This document shows, piece by piece, positions 25,731-38,800 of a stretch of DNA of 64,000 bases (its first letter is position 1; every line of letters begins with the position of its first letter). Below the pieces are notes generated by a model that worked only from the letters and a program-made list of their open reading frames with translations, made no database searches and had not been told where the DNA came from. Origin of the DNA: Octopus bimaculoides (taxonomy: Eukaryota); assembly GCF_001194135.2 (NCBI RefSeq), contig NC_068982.1, forward strand, positions 156,132,049-156,196,048, written 5' to 3'. Both the position numbers and the translations under genes were made by a program.

Positions 25731-27519
25731 ACCAAAATTAACGAAACTGTTGGAATATTTGACCAACAACAATAATAATTAATTTCGAAAAACTTGAGCA
25801 GGACAACAAAAATAAATGAATAAACGGTGGTGCATCAGCATGGCCGCAGCTCTAAGCTGAAACTTAAAAAACAAAAAAAAACCGGAAAATATTCGCATAA
25901 CATTAAACGAATTAAAGATAAGCATACAATAAATACAAAGGGAGTCAATTTCATTGATTCCCTAATCTGATATGTCAGAGCCTATTCTAGCATTTCTATC
26001 CTGTAACTAGGGATTGTCTAACTTCGTTGGCTTGTATATGACGAGTCTGGTTACGGCCGGGAAATGTGGAGTAGGTTTTCATTGTTTTTGTATAATTCGT
26101 TAACGATTGAATAATTCGAAAGAATATTATCTTTAATTAGAAAAAAAGAAAGAATGATTAAAAGGTGGGCTAACATGTATGTAAATGTGTATGTCTTTAT
26201 GCATTGAATATATAACCTATACAGTGTATGGTGTACGTTCTTCTTTCTCCGAAAGACTGTAACTTTTAGCTCTTCCCTTTCTCTCTCTTATACATTCGTC
26301 CGTCCATACATACATACATACATGTATGCATGCATGCATACATACATACATACATGCATACATACGTACGTGCATAATTCGCACATACATATATAAATAA
26401 TTATGCACACACAATTATTTATATGTATATGTATACATACACATACACACATATATATATACATATCATTTCTCTCTCTCTATATGCATATATGTATGTA
26501 TCCATGTATGAGTATAAACCTGTATAAAGTTATTTATTTTGGTATGTGTCTCAGTGAGTGTAGCCATGTACATGCATGCGTAATTATATGAATTTGATAG
26601 AGTTGAACATATGTGAATAAGACTACTTCAGAGAATGTGCTAATAACTTCTCATATTGGCTTTTGGATAAAATCTTTTATTGATACAGGAGCTTCACTAG
26701 CTTCTCACTGATGCGTTACCTGCTTTCAACTAATTGACATTCGTAATTAACTAATTTACTCACGTCGATATCAAATGAAAAGTGATTAGTATTATTATTA
26801 TTATTTCAGTAACACCGTTCTCTTCAGAAGATATGTATTTAACATATTTAACAGAGGCAAAACAGAAGAATCCGAGTGATTCAGTGAAGCAAATGTCAAA
26901 CTGTTCAGACTCTCTCATTGATTTTTCTCATCTTTCTCTTCAAGGAAGTCTCCAAACATTCCTCGACTTTATCTATCTATGAGCATACATATATAAATAT
27001 GTTTATGTGTGTGTCTGCTTACCTATGTATATATNNNNNNNNNNNNNNNNNNNNNNNNNNNNNNNNNNNNNNNNNNNNNNNNNNNNNNNNNNNNNNNNNN
27101 NNNNNNNNNNNNNNNNNNNNNNNNNNNNNNNNNNNNNNNNNNNNNNNNNNNNNNNNNNNNNNNNNNNNNNNNNNNNNNNNNNNNNNNNNNNNNNNNNNNN
27201 NNNNNNNNNNNNNNNNNNNNNNNNNNNNNNNNNNNNNNNNNNNNNNNNNNNNNNNNNNNNNNNNNNNNNNNNNNNNNNNNNNNNNNNNNNNNNNNNNNNN
27301 NNNNNNNNNNNNNNNNNNNNNNNNNNNNNNNNNNNNNNNNNNNNNNNNNNNNNNNNNNNNNNNNNNNNNNNNNNNNNNNNNNNNNNNNNNNNNNNNNNNN
27401 NNNNNNNNNNNNNNNNNNNNNNNNNNNNNNNNNNNNNNNNNNNNNNNNNNNNNNNNNNNNNNNNNNNNNNNNNNNNNNNNNNNNNNNNNNNNNNNNNNNN
27501 NNNNATATATATATATATA

Positions 27520-28280
27520 CATTCATTCTGGGCTTTGGAGGATTTTTTGATCAAAGCAGTGTTGCCGTTCTCGACATCGGCAAAGTTTTCGACTGTGTCT
27601 GTCATACGAATCTCTTAGCGAACTGTCTTCTCTCAGGTTTCCACTCGTCTCTTGACTCTTGGGTCAGCAGCTTTCTCTGAGATCGCGCTGTTCTCAACAG
27701 GCCTCTTTCTGACCGTCATTTTATCAACTCCGGTGTTCAGTGTTGTACCTCACTCACCTCTATTTATATACTCTATTTATATACCCATATCTTACTTTTC
27801 TTACAAAACCCAGTCTTACACTGATGGTGTTACCCCTCATCCTTCCGCCTCATTCTCCAGCTATGCATTTTCTACTCTCAGCCTATTCCCTTCATGCGCA
27901 ACCCACACTGACTCTATAAGCAGAGACCTTGAAAGTATGCTCTGATGAGCATATGCCAATGTTGTGAAGAAAACGAATACTACTCATCCCACTACGTCCC
28001 CTTAATCACCAGAAGAATTTAGGTGTGTCTTGCGTAAGCACACCCTTAATATAGTTATGGTCAAATCCCATCGAAAATCCCTTTTCTTCAGGGCCATTCC
28101 CCAACAATTATTCAAATAAGATTCAGGTTATTTATGCTCACAATAAATTACTTCTCTCACATCTGGAGCGGTGTTTCTTCTGGTTGCCGAGTCAAACAGT
28201 TTAGATGGCTTAGATTGCGTCCAGAAAAGAACCGGTTAAATGATACGGCCTCTGAGCCACAAGTATGCTGTATTCTTTCA
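27520..28280 (+). mobile_element. CR1-group LINE reverse transcriptase relic
   Basis: LDIGKVFDCVCHTNLL..GFHSSLDSWVSSFL, INSGV, QSYTDG and YFSHIWSG correspond to LDISKAFD.V.H, INSGVPQGS, SYADD and YCSHIW. Many stops and frameshifts. Confidence 0.8.
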
Positions 28281-28604
28281 CTAACTTTACAATTGTGTGT
28301 GTGCGTGCATATTAAAGTACATCTGGATTCTATCAAAGTTTTCTTTTGTTGAAATCGCTTTAAATATTCTACAAATGTTTAGAAATATGATCAGATTTCT
28401 ATAATCTCTAGAGATGATACAAATGTTAAGCTGTTAAGCAAGCTAAAGTGAAAGACAAGCCAATCTGTACTCGAATATAGTCCAAGTAGCTGACTATATG
28501 CTTTATGTACTATATAAAATTCACATCTAACTCCGCCAAGTTCTGTGTTGAATATTGACACAGTGTCTGTATGTATACGTATATTATGTATTATCTTTTA
28601 ATTG

Positions 28605-28810
28605 TTTCAGTCGTTAGTCTGCGGCGACGCTGGGACATTACTTTGAACAATTTTACTCGAACGAATCGCCCCTAATATTTATTTTTTGCTAAGCCTGCCA
28701 CTTATTCATTGGCCTCTTTGTCGAACTGCTAACGTGCAGGGAAGTAAACTCACGAAAACCGATTTTCTAGTGTTGGCGGAGGATAAACACAAATACAAAG
28801 ACACGGCCTG
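28605..28810 (-). mobile_element. SINE family A 3' half, degraded
   Basis: Matches 46830-47000 in order. Confidence 0.65.
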
Positions 28811-28839
28811 TACATACATACATACATACATACATACAT

Positions 28840-28964
<125 letters not shown>

Positions 28965-29229
28965 AGAAAGAAATGAAATGCAAGAGTCACAGAAAGTTTG
29001 TATGATAACATTTATGGTGATATTAGGATCATATTACATCATTACATAATTACAAATTAAATAAGTACTGATTTCACGATCAACGATTGTCAACTTATAT
29101 AGAGAAAACTTTTTTGCTGTCAGTAGGACGACATCTTTGAAAAAAAGTAAAGAGATGAAGCAATATGTCAAGGGGAGCAACTCTTATTTTTTCACGAAGC
29201 TCTTCAGTGTTTTTGGCAAGCATGCAGTT

Positions 29230-30336
29230 ACAGCAGTTATTTCATTTCTTTTACTTTGGGGCTTGTTGTAGAGGGGAATAATTTTGCATTAGTTAGCAGT
29301 TTTTTTAATGACTTAGGTTGTTTGTTGCTTTTGACAATTTTAATGTCACGTAAAATTCTTTTTAGTTTTGGGTCCTTGTGTAGTATTGGTAGGTTTTTGT
29401 ATGATTGTGTTGAATGCTTCTTTGTATCTGGGGTTGTATGTGGAAATGTAAGGTAGTGTTTTAAGGAGAGGTTTGTTAATATCTTTGGTTTTTCTTAATG
29501 TGTCGGTGTTGATAGATTTGGCACGTTTTATTCCACCATTAATGAGTTGGATTGGATAGTATCTCTCCAGGAGGACATTTTTCAGTTCTTGTAGTCTTAA
29601 ATCTCTAGTTTTTGTTTTCTCTCTGAGACACTAGTGCAGATTATTCTTGCAAGTGTGAAGGGATGTTAGCTTTCGTGTGTCTAGGATGGCAAGAGCTAAA
29701 GAGAAGGTATTGTTTTGCATTTGTTGTTTTATAAAATATATCTGTTTCGATTTTGTTGTTTGTTTTTTTTAAATTAGAATGTCTAGGAATGGAAGTGCAT
29801 CCTGGTTGTATTCCATTGTGAATCTGAATGCTTGTGTGGATGCTGTTCAGAAGTGTTTTAAATTCTAGGAGTTTGTTTAAGTTGTTATTCCAGAGTATGA
29901 AACAGTCATCTAAGAATCTCTTTCAATTCTCTTTAATGTATTGGGCGAGAGGGTCTCCAAATTTTCGCAGTGACTTCTGATATATTTTCTTCTCTAAGAA
30001 TCCCATTGTGAGGTTGGCAATGGCAGGTGCTGCTCTCATGCCCATCGCAATTCCCGATATTTGGCGGTAGCAGTTGGTGTCAAAAATTAAATGATTATTC
30101 TGGAGAATGTATTTGATTGATTCAATGATGAAGGTTTTGTTTATTCGTTCTTGTATTTCCTCTAGATGTAGTTCTATTCAGAATCGAATCGCTTCCATTC
30201 CATAATCACGTGGAATGTTGGAGTATAGGTTTATAACATCGAAGGAGACCATGAGGGATTCTTCCACGACCTGTTCTGGGAGATGGTTCAGCATGTCTAA
30301 ATCATCTCTGATGTAGCTTCTAATATATATATGAGG
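29230..30336 (-). mobile_element. Penelope-like element RT, thumb and linker relic (no GIY-YIG seen)
   Basis: SYIRDDLDMLNHLP..LMVSFDVINLYSNIP; YRQISGIAMGMRAAPAIANLTMG; KRFLDDCFILW; FTMEY...LPFLDI; QYLLFSSCHP; LPYISTYNP. These are PLE RT motifs. Confidence 0.92.
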
Positions 30337-30468
30337 AGGGCTTCTTTCACTCTCGTCTACCAAATCCACTGACGAAGTTTAGAAGACACTTGCCCAAGGT
30401 GCCACGCAGTGGGACTGGATTCGGAACCACGTAGTTCGGAAGCAAACATTTTACCATGCATCCACACC
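30337..30468 (-). mobile_element. SINE family A head/CORE fragment abutting the Penelope relic
   Basis: gtctaccaaatccact..agaagacacttgcccaaggtgccacgcagtggga. Confidence 0.8.
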
Positions 30469-30487
30469 TGTGTATATAAGTGTGTGT

Positions 30488-30527
<40 letters not shown>

Positions 30528-31273
30528 TTATGTGTCTCACTAGTAGAAAGACCAATGGGTAAATAGAAGTAAATTGTCCATACTTATATTCATTTTGTTG
30601 AAAAAACACGGAGCAGCGGCAGCGGCAACAACAACAACAACATATAACATACCGATAATGAATAAATATATGCAAATATTGTTAAACTAATTGGAGAAAG
30701 TAATTGCTGAAAGTAATCTATCATGTTTGAAAACGAAGCTGACATCAGATAATAAAAGAAAACAGGGAACAAATTTCCAATTTGCGTACGACATAGTAAA
30801 TTACTTTTATTACATGTTTTCTCTACAACACCAGGTTGTTGTTCAATGTTGTTTAACCTGGGGGTCATCTATCATTAAAAAGACGTACGATCGAAGAATT
30901 CCAGATTTGACCATCCCGTTGTGTTTTCGAGTATAGTGTGTCGAGGACTGCTTTATCTTAAGAGTTTTTTTCCCCATCCATTTTGTAACAGGCACAATAG
31001 AAAAAAAGACTACGAATTGGAAAAGTTACGTGGGCGTTGGTATTTTTTGTATATCTCTAGGCATTGAGTTCAAATCTTGCGAAGGTTAACTTTCGCTTTC
31101 GTTCTTTCGTGTTTAATAACTAAACAGCGAAGTCCTGCGATCGATTATGCTTTCTTTTCTCTTTTTCTCCTCTCTCAGATATGGCTATAGCCAGTAAGAT
31201 GTTATACATGTACATACTTACATACATACATAACACACACACAACATATATATGTTTAGTAGCTAAACATTTT

Positions 31274-31500
31274 AAGGCAGTGAGCTGACAAAATCGTTAG
31301 CACACCGGGCGAAATGCTTAGCGGTATTTCGTCTGCCGTTACGTTCTGAGTTCAAATTCCGCCAAGGTCGACTTTGCCTTTCATCCTTTCGGGGTCGATT
31401 AAATAAGTACCAGTTACGCACTGGGATCGATGTAATCGACTTAATCCCTTTGCCTGTCCTTGTTTGTCCCCTCTATGCTTAGCCCCCTGTAGGCAATAAA
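31274..31500 (+). mobile_element. SINE family C, full length, tail type C2
   Basis: Head and body as other C copies; tail cctgtccttgtttgtcccctct..agccccctgtaggcaataaag. Confidence 0.92.
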
Positions 31501-31582
31501 GTACTACTATATACATACATGCTTATATATAAGAAGATGACACACATTTCGACGATTCTAATAAAAAACAAATATTTCTTTC

Positions 31583-31830
31583 ACAGTTCTATATGTAAGA
31601 GATGAAGAATTATTTACATTTGATGGATGTTTGTCCTCATCTTGTTTGTTGCTAACGCAACGTTTCGGCTGATATACCCTTCAGCCTTCATCAGGTGTCT
31701 TGGGGAAATTTCGAACCTTGGTTCTCATTCCTAAGGTAATTTTCGATGTTATTATTATTACTATTATTCAGGTCACTGCCTGGAATCGAACTCGGAATCT
31801 TGGGGTTAGTAGCTCGCGCTCTTAACCACT
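31583..31830 (-). mobile_element. tRNA-headed non-autonomous element (family E): partial A-box, B-box, (AAT)n linker, hammerhead-bearing tail
   Basis: Minus strand agtggttaagagcgcgagctactaaccccaagattccGAGTTCGATTCCaggcagtg, then (aat)n, then the tail with the HHR motif. Confidence 0.8.
31654..31699 (-). ncRNA. Minimal type I hammerhead ribozyme motif (core intact, one helix I mismatch)
   Basis: GACAC-CUGAUGA-A-GGCUG-aagggtatat-CAGCC-GAAA-CG-UU-GCGUU; palindromic AACGUU stem III; predicted cleavage between 31659 and 31658. Activity untested. Confidence 0.7.
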
Positions 31831-31958
31831 ATGAGAACCCAGGTTCGAAATTTCCCCAAGACACCTTATGAAGGCTGGAGGGTATATCAGCCGAAACGTT
31901 GTGTTAACAATAAACAAGATGAGGACAAATATCCGTCAAATGTAAATAATGTAAATAA
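31831..31958 (+). mobile_element. Inverted second copy of the family E tail with a hammerhead motif (core mutated to CUUAUGA, helix I intact)
   Basis: About 93% identical (8 mismatches in about 117 bp) to the reverse complement of 31612-31728. Confidence 0.85.
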
Positions 31959-33506
31959 NNNNNNNNNNAGGGTATATCAGCCGAAACGTTGTGTTAACAA
32001 TAAACAAGATGAGGACAAATATCCGTCAAATGTAAATAATGTAAATAACGTACATAATTTGTTTACATTCATACACATGCTCACGCGCACGCTCACACAC
32101 ATATCGTTTAGAATTCCTCTACATGTACATGATAGTGATGGACATGATGATGATGATGCTGATCATTATGAAAATGATGATGATGATAATGATAGAGATG
32201 GGCGAGTGTGGAATAGATACAGGCGAAAAAGAACTGTGTTACAATTGTTATGTACCTGTTGATCTGATTTCCTGTGTACCAAATCCAACGATTCAGCTTC
32301 TGCATAATTTATTGGCCTACTAGAAAAAACAGCCAAATTTCTTTCAGCCCACATCTCGTCGTCTTGTAAAGGACTCATTGCATAATGTTGAAACGTTGGT
32401 AGGTTTAACCAGGTCCAACTGTCGATTAAACAACAAAAAACATTGCTTAGCCTGTAAATAATGACCGTCTAATCTTCTTGAAACCATGTCTTTTATGTTT
32501 ATTTAATTCCTTCTGTTTGTTATGCTAAATTAATCCTATGTAAATAGTCGGATGGTATTTATGCACACGACACAGACTCAAATACACGCACACACACGCA
32601 CATATGTACATACGAAAATAGATGCATAAATAATTACTTGCTTAGCTTTTGAGAGCGAAAATGAAAGGTAGTCATTGATTTAAAACGTACCATCATAAAA
32701 CAGGAAGAATATATCGGAAAAAATATCGTTCTAGATGCACTCTTAGGGAACGAACTGGCGAAACGAAATCTTTAGAACGTCTGATAGAATATTTCTTAGT
32801 ATTTCTCCTCAGTCTGAGTTCAAATCCTACCGCGGTTAAATTTTAGAATCAATATAGACGTAAGAATTCAGTGGTGGCGGATGTACGGAACTGTAAGAAC
32901 ACTGCACCGAATACCTTGTGGTATTTGGTCCGGCTCTTGACGTTCTGAGTCCAGATCTCTTGCCCCCTACTTGGGTGGTAGATTCAATCATTCGTCCAAT
33001 TTCATACTGGTTCCGAATTTTGGCACAAGGCGAGTAATTTCGGCTTATTTATTTTATCGAATTCGAAATGATGAAAAGCAAAGACGACCTCAGCAGAATT
33101 TGGACTCAGAACGTAAGAACAAATGCATCCAGTTTAATATTACCACCTGGCACCCTGAGTAAGTGGCTTTAGCAGAGTTCATTCGGGCCCGGTTTCTGGT
33201 TTAGATATGCTGTAAAAGGGGTATGTAAAGATGTTGTAAAAGGGCCATGATTCTGGTTTCCTCTCAACCACCAAAAGTCCTCTGAAAATGTGGGGCTGGT
33301 TACATCTGGAACGCCTTTGATGACTGTTCCGCCCAATCAGAGCCGACATAGTGATTAAATAATAACAACAACAGCAACAAAAATATTTAATTTACTGTAA
33401 ATTACTTCAGATCATTACAACTATTTTTATTCACCAGATTAATCTACCACCCTGGTTTTAAATAAATGGCTACCTTTTATTCCCGCTTTCAAAAACGAGG
33501 CAAGAA

Positions 33507-33566
<60 letters not shown>

Positions 33567-34204
33567 CGTGTGAGTGAGTGTATATTCCATGTGCTTAAAT
33601 ACAATTTAACTACTTAAATAGGATTAATCTAGCATAACTAATAGAAGGGAATTAAATAAAAGATGTAATTCTCATATAAAACAAATTGCCGTAGCGTCTA
33701 TTGTCATACTACTGCGGTGAAGCCACTATATCTCTCATCCACGCTAGCCATTCTATCGATCTGTTCCTTTAACCGGGGGCTGCGGCGAACATTACATGGT
33801 TCGCTGGTTCATTGTTTTCAACATGGTGGACAAGGCCTTGCAGGCATGTGAACAATTATTCAGAATCCATTGTTTTTTTTTTCCTTGTATAGTATCCCGC
33901 TTTTAGTTTGGTATTCGCCATCTCCCATTTTCCCTTATTTATTTATTTGTTTATTTATTTAAAATATTCATTTATTTATTTATTCACTTCCCTCTTTCTA
34001 TTTCTCTTCCCCTCTCTCTCTCTCTAGATACATACTTGCCTGCAACGACATCGAAAACAGCTGAGAAACTGAGAAATCGTCGTAAGATTGTGTTTATCAT
34101 CGAAACAATAAACAATCTTACTAGTTTTGGTTATAAAAGAAATCGAAACCATAAAGTATATTTTTCTCAAAATTATGAATTCAATAATTACTAATTTCAA
34201 TAGC

Positions 34205-34302
34205 TTGAAATGAAATAAGATTCGTTGGTCGGATATATGAACACAATAAAAGTATTAAGAACTACATTATTACATGACTTACGAGAAGGGACATTTGGTA
34301 AA
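34205..34302 (+). repeat. 98-bp locally duplicated segment (donor); copy at 35656-35753
   Basis: Four mismatches between copies; offset 1451 bp. Confidence 0.95.
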
Positions 34303-34843
34303 CGTAAAAATGGGGTTGATTATAATTTACAAAAGAGAGAAAAGTGCAATAATAACAATAAACGATCATGACACTAGACTACACAAATCGATATTGTGTG
34401 TAACAGAAGATCAGAGTTCGATTGGTTATATGAGGCTTCGTAGTAAGTCAACTGCGTCTAACTGTCTTTGCTAATAACTGCATTATGAATTATGGGAGCT
34501 CAGGATATAGACCATTGAAATGTGTTCATAACCAAATGATTCGAGGAAAGATTATTTAATTTTTGAAGCGCATGCTACGAAACAGACTGCTTGAGTTGTA
34601 TTGGCAGGGATCAACTGTATGAGGAGGTTTGGGTTAGTATTTATAGCAAAGTAATGAATCCTCATTTTCGAAAATATACGCATTTTACAGTCTCTTTCTA
34701 CAACATTTAAAGTGTATCTCAAAGATACTAAAGGCATAAAGACAAAATAATAAAATGTCTCTATGGACCTGGAACACTATAATTCATGTTGCGATACTTG
34801 TCACAAATACATAAATAGCTACACTGCTCTCTCTCTGTCCCTC

Positions 34844-34924
<81 letters not shown>

Positions 34925-35009
34925 GAAAAAGAAAACAGAGAAATGTATGATGATAGTAAATATAGAACACATGTATATAAATCGATGCACTTATATGAGA
35001 TTATGAGTA

Positions 35010-35410
35010 GCTAAGAGAATTTCAATCAAAATTAATAAGCAGACTCTTAGAGATGAAGAAACAGTCATTAAAAATTACAGGTGTTCCCACTGACCAAGAA
35101 ATGAGTTTATTTTGGAGAAAAAAGCTAAAATAGTGAAAGAAATCCAAGTGCAATAAATCTAGAAGAATTGCTCCGCAGTAGACCAAAACGATACAATATG
35201 AATGGGGATATCACTGACATTTATAAAATGAAATTTCGAGTAGGGAAAGCACAAGGAAGAGAATTGCTTGTCGAACAGCGATACAAAAAACAAACAAAAA
35301 AACAAAAAAACCCTCTCATCAGTCTTCACCAACAAGCTCTCAGTGACGCTATAATATACTAAGGTGGTTGGTATTGACAGAAACGTGCCTGGTGTTAAAA
35401 AGCAGAGCCA
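35010..35410 (+). mobile_element. Highly degraded R4/Dong-like LINE fragment
   Basis: PTDQEMSLFW and LISLHQQ..WL...TCLVLK resemble the PD.EE...FW and LTSLH.RL..PEWLT.GRT.LI.K motifs. Weak. Confidence 0.4.
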
Positions 35411-35469
35411 TCTGTATAGAGAATTGAACGACGCAACTGCATGCCAGAATTAAATGTATGGCATATATG

Positions 35470-35618
35470 CGCGTGGTAAGAAGCTTGCTTCCCAACCACA
35501 AGGTTCCGGATTCAGTTCTGCTGCGTGGTACCTTGGTTAAGTGTCCTCTACTATAGTCTCGGGTCGACCAAAGCCGTGTGAGTGGATTTGGTAGACGGAA
35601 ACTGAAAGAAGCCCGTCG

Positions 35619-35658
<40 letters not shown>

Positions 35659-35880
35659 AAATGAAATAAGATTCGTTGGTCGGATATATGAACACTATAA
35701 AAGTATTAAGAACTACATTATTTCATGACTTACGAGAAGTGACATTCGGTAAAAGTGACGGATAAAATAAGTACCAAACTGAAACCCCTCCCCCCAACTA
35801 TGTGTTCGATTTGTTTGACTGGAACCTTCAAGGCCGTGCTCCAGCATAGCTGCAGTTGAATGAATGCCACAAGCGAAAGA
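35470..35880 (+). mobile_element. SINE family A whose middle is replaced by the 98-bp local copy
   Basis: Head/CORE 35470-35620, then (TA)n, then the insert, then the tail (ggataaaataagtacc..gccgtgctccagcat). Confidence 0.8.
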
Positions 35881-38800
35881 TGAAAATTAAAATATATGGA
35901 TATAAATGTATACACATCTATATCTATATGTATGCATGTATATGTGTGTTCCTGTGCATGAGTGTGAGTGGATCTATAAGCTTAAACAAAGTGTAAAAGA
36001 ACAGAAACAAAAAAGAAAGAAAGTAGAAATGAGTAGAACGTTTTTCTTATTGATTGCAGTGTGAACAATGAGAATATAACTAGCGATGTGTTTACTATGC
36101 TGCTGTTTGGTGGTGATTACTTAAAAGCTTACTTAAATGCTATATACATTGCGCCAATGTAGAAATGTTTGCCAGTCTTTTATAGTAGTATGTAGACAAA
36201 CGAACCAGAAATAAGAAAACTTTCTAACCAGTTAGTTTTTCCCATTATTGTTTCATTAAAGGCTATATTTCCCTGATATCAGGAGAGAAATATGTTTTCG
36301 GGGTGTTTTCTCTTGTTTTCTTTGAATAAAGCAATTATTTGTATTAACAAAATAGTTCAGTGTAAAGAGAAACTAGTGTTTGATAAATTATTCAAAAATT
36401 GTTTTCTCTCTTACATTACTAATACATTGAGAATTACTAACTTCGCTTTTGGCTGTTCTATGTAACACAGTATAAGTTTCTTCATCGCTCGTTGAGTGCA
36501 ACTGTAAGTAGCATCCAACGAAGAGTGTTAACATTAATAGCGTTTGGAATTGTTGCAGGGTTGTACACCTTTCACAATATAAAATAGTTTAACTGTCTCT
36601 GAGGCATTTCACTCCAAATATTTACCATCACCAAACTGCATTACATTGCTTCTATAAGCTATTTACATTTCTTTGATATAATTCGCTTTCAGAATATTGT
36701 CAGTTCCTCCTGCGTTAAGTTGATTTTGACGCGGTTTTCATGTCTTGTTATAGATATTTCTCTTATTTTGTGTCATTAACACTTTCGATATAAGAATAAA
36801 CAATGCACTCTAAGAAATAAAAATGTTATCAGCCAATGAAGACCATCAGAGAGTAGATGTAAACTTTACATAAACTGGACATGGAAGCCGGTTTCGATAC
36901 TCAGTTGAATTAATTTATATGATTTTCACAACGTCAGAATTTATTCAACCCAATTCTACGGCATTCATGGCTCAAAAACCTTGTTTGATAATTTTAAGAC
37001 AAATAACGTAGATTATCTATTAGACATAAGAACACATTGACCCGATACGGCGATACGGTTTCCATATGAAAAACATGATGGTTTAGATAACTGTTAGGAG
37101 AAATTGCTGAAGACTTGATAATTCTTGAGACTGCATATTTTTAATAAAACCATTCTTCCCAAATTCTTCTAATCCGTTCATTTTTAACGCACATACACAC
37201 GCGCGCACACACGCTCACACTCGTATACATGCACACACATACACACACACACATATAGCCAACCTTTTGGGTGGTAGAGTTTCTCGGCGAATGGTTTAGC
37301 ATCATCATCATTCACTGTCTTTTGTGAAATCCCTGGGGTCATATCTCTGGCTTAAGATGTAAGTTTGAGATGTAGTATGTCTCTCAAGTAACCCAAAACA
37401 TGATAAAGCGAACCTGATAATGCCAATGTAATATGGTCCCTGAATTAATACACCCCTTTCCATTATTCTCAAGTATTGCACAGCAGAGCAGGTGCCTACC
37501 ATTACCAAAATATTTTATCTTTTTGTCTCTACAGTGATATATTCTAATCATAAAAAACTTACAACATATTGTCCTATCTTTGTCCCTGCCAACAACTGAA
37601 ATCACATTCAGTTTTGTCCAAGGTCAGTAAAAACCACAGAGAATTGATTCTATTTCATAGTATTTACTGACAGTTAGATAGACTGAATTATTTGAAATTA
37701 AAATATCATAACTGATTAGAGGTAGGATACGAATCCGGATCACTCAAATGATTGTTTAGTAATCAAACCCTTGGATCATCTGTGCTCTGAATTACGATAT
37801 CAAGTGCTAAAAAAACTACACTAATTTAGCTTGAGATGAAACGTACTACGCAGTGCAAGAGGACATTCTGGTTTTAAATAATTTTAATTAATATTACAGG
37901 TTTATCTCCACTACCCTTCTTGACCAGAATTAATATATAAATTAATAATTCTCTCTCCTCACAACGTTCGCAATTTAATTAGAATACATGTTTGAGATTC
38001 GTTGTGCTACGTATGTTAGCACTCATCTTACCATTTGATTTTCATACGAAAAGGTTCCCTGAGTAGAGGATAAGAGTCTATTCAGAGACATGAGGTCTTG
38101 ATACTATTTTAATCATCGGTGTCGAAGTCTGTCAAAATATATAGGACCCTCATATAAGCTATATACAGCAATTATATAATTTAAAGATGGATACACTTCG
38201 TTTCCTCTATTTTTGTCAGAAATACATATCCTTTGAGAAATATATTTGTGACCAGAGATAGATAATTTTTCTGATGAATAAATGACTTTTCTGCTAAATG
38301 TAATAGCAAAATTGCCGTCAGTATAAAATATTAAATTCAGGCTGATGCAAGAGGAAATTTCTACGGAGTCAATTGACCTGCTAGAAATAGCAGCTAAATT
38401 TCCTGTCGGTTATACAACACTGTCTTAATGATGATAACTAAGACTTCATTGGGTAATCTAATACTAGATGCATGATACACGAGGAAAAGTTGTGATGGTT
38501 ATGGTTGGAATGATTATAAGCCAGTCAAAACCGACCTGAGACAACAACAATAAAAGCATCGGTAACAAATTTCAGATCTCTTGACATCTTTCTCAATTTA
38601 CTTCATTTCTATCTGTCTGTTTGTCTGTGTTTACCTCTGTCTCTCTGTCTCTCCATACATGCGTATATCCTTATGAATTAGTTATATGTGATAACATTAC
38701 TATGGCGACATTTAGCTGTTATTTAATTTTTGATAATTTATTGGAACACATATTTTAAATCGAATTATTTAAATAGTTGACTGGAATTTGAAGCACAGGC

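Noticed and set aside
31969-32048. Third, tandem copy of the hammerhead-bearing tail
   Set aside because: An exact 80-bp duplicate of 31879-31958 across a 10-N gap, typical of a contig-overlap artefact. Not counted as a real tandem dimer without long reads.
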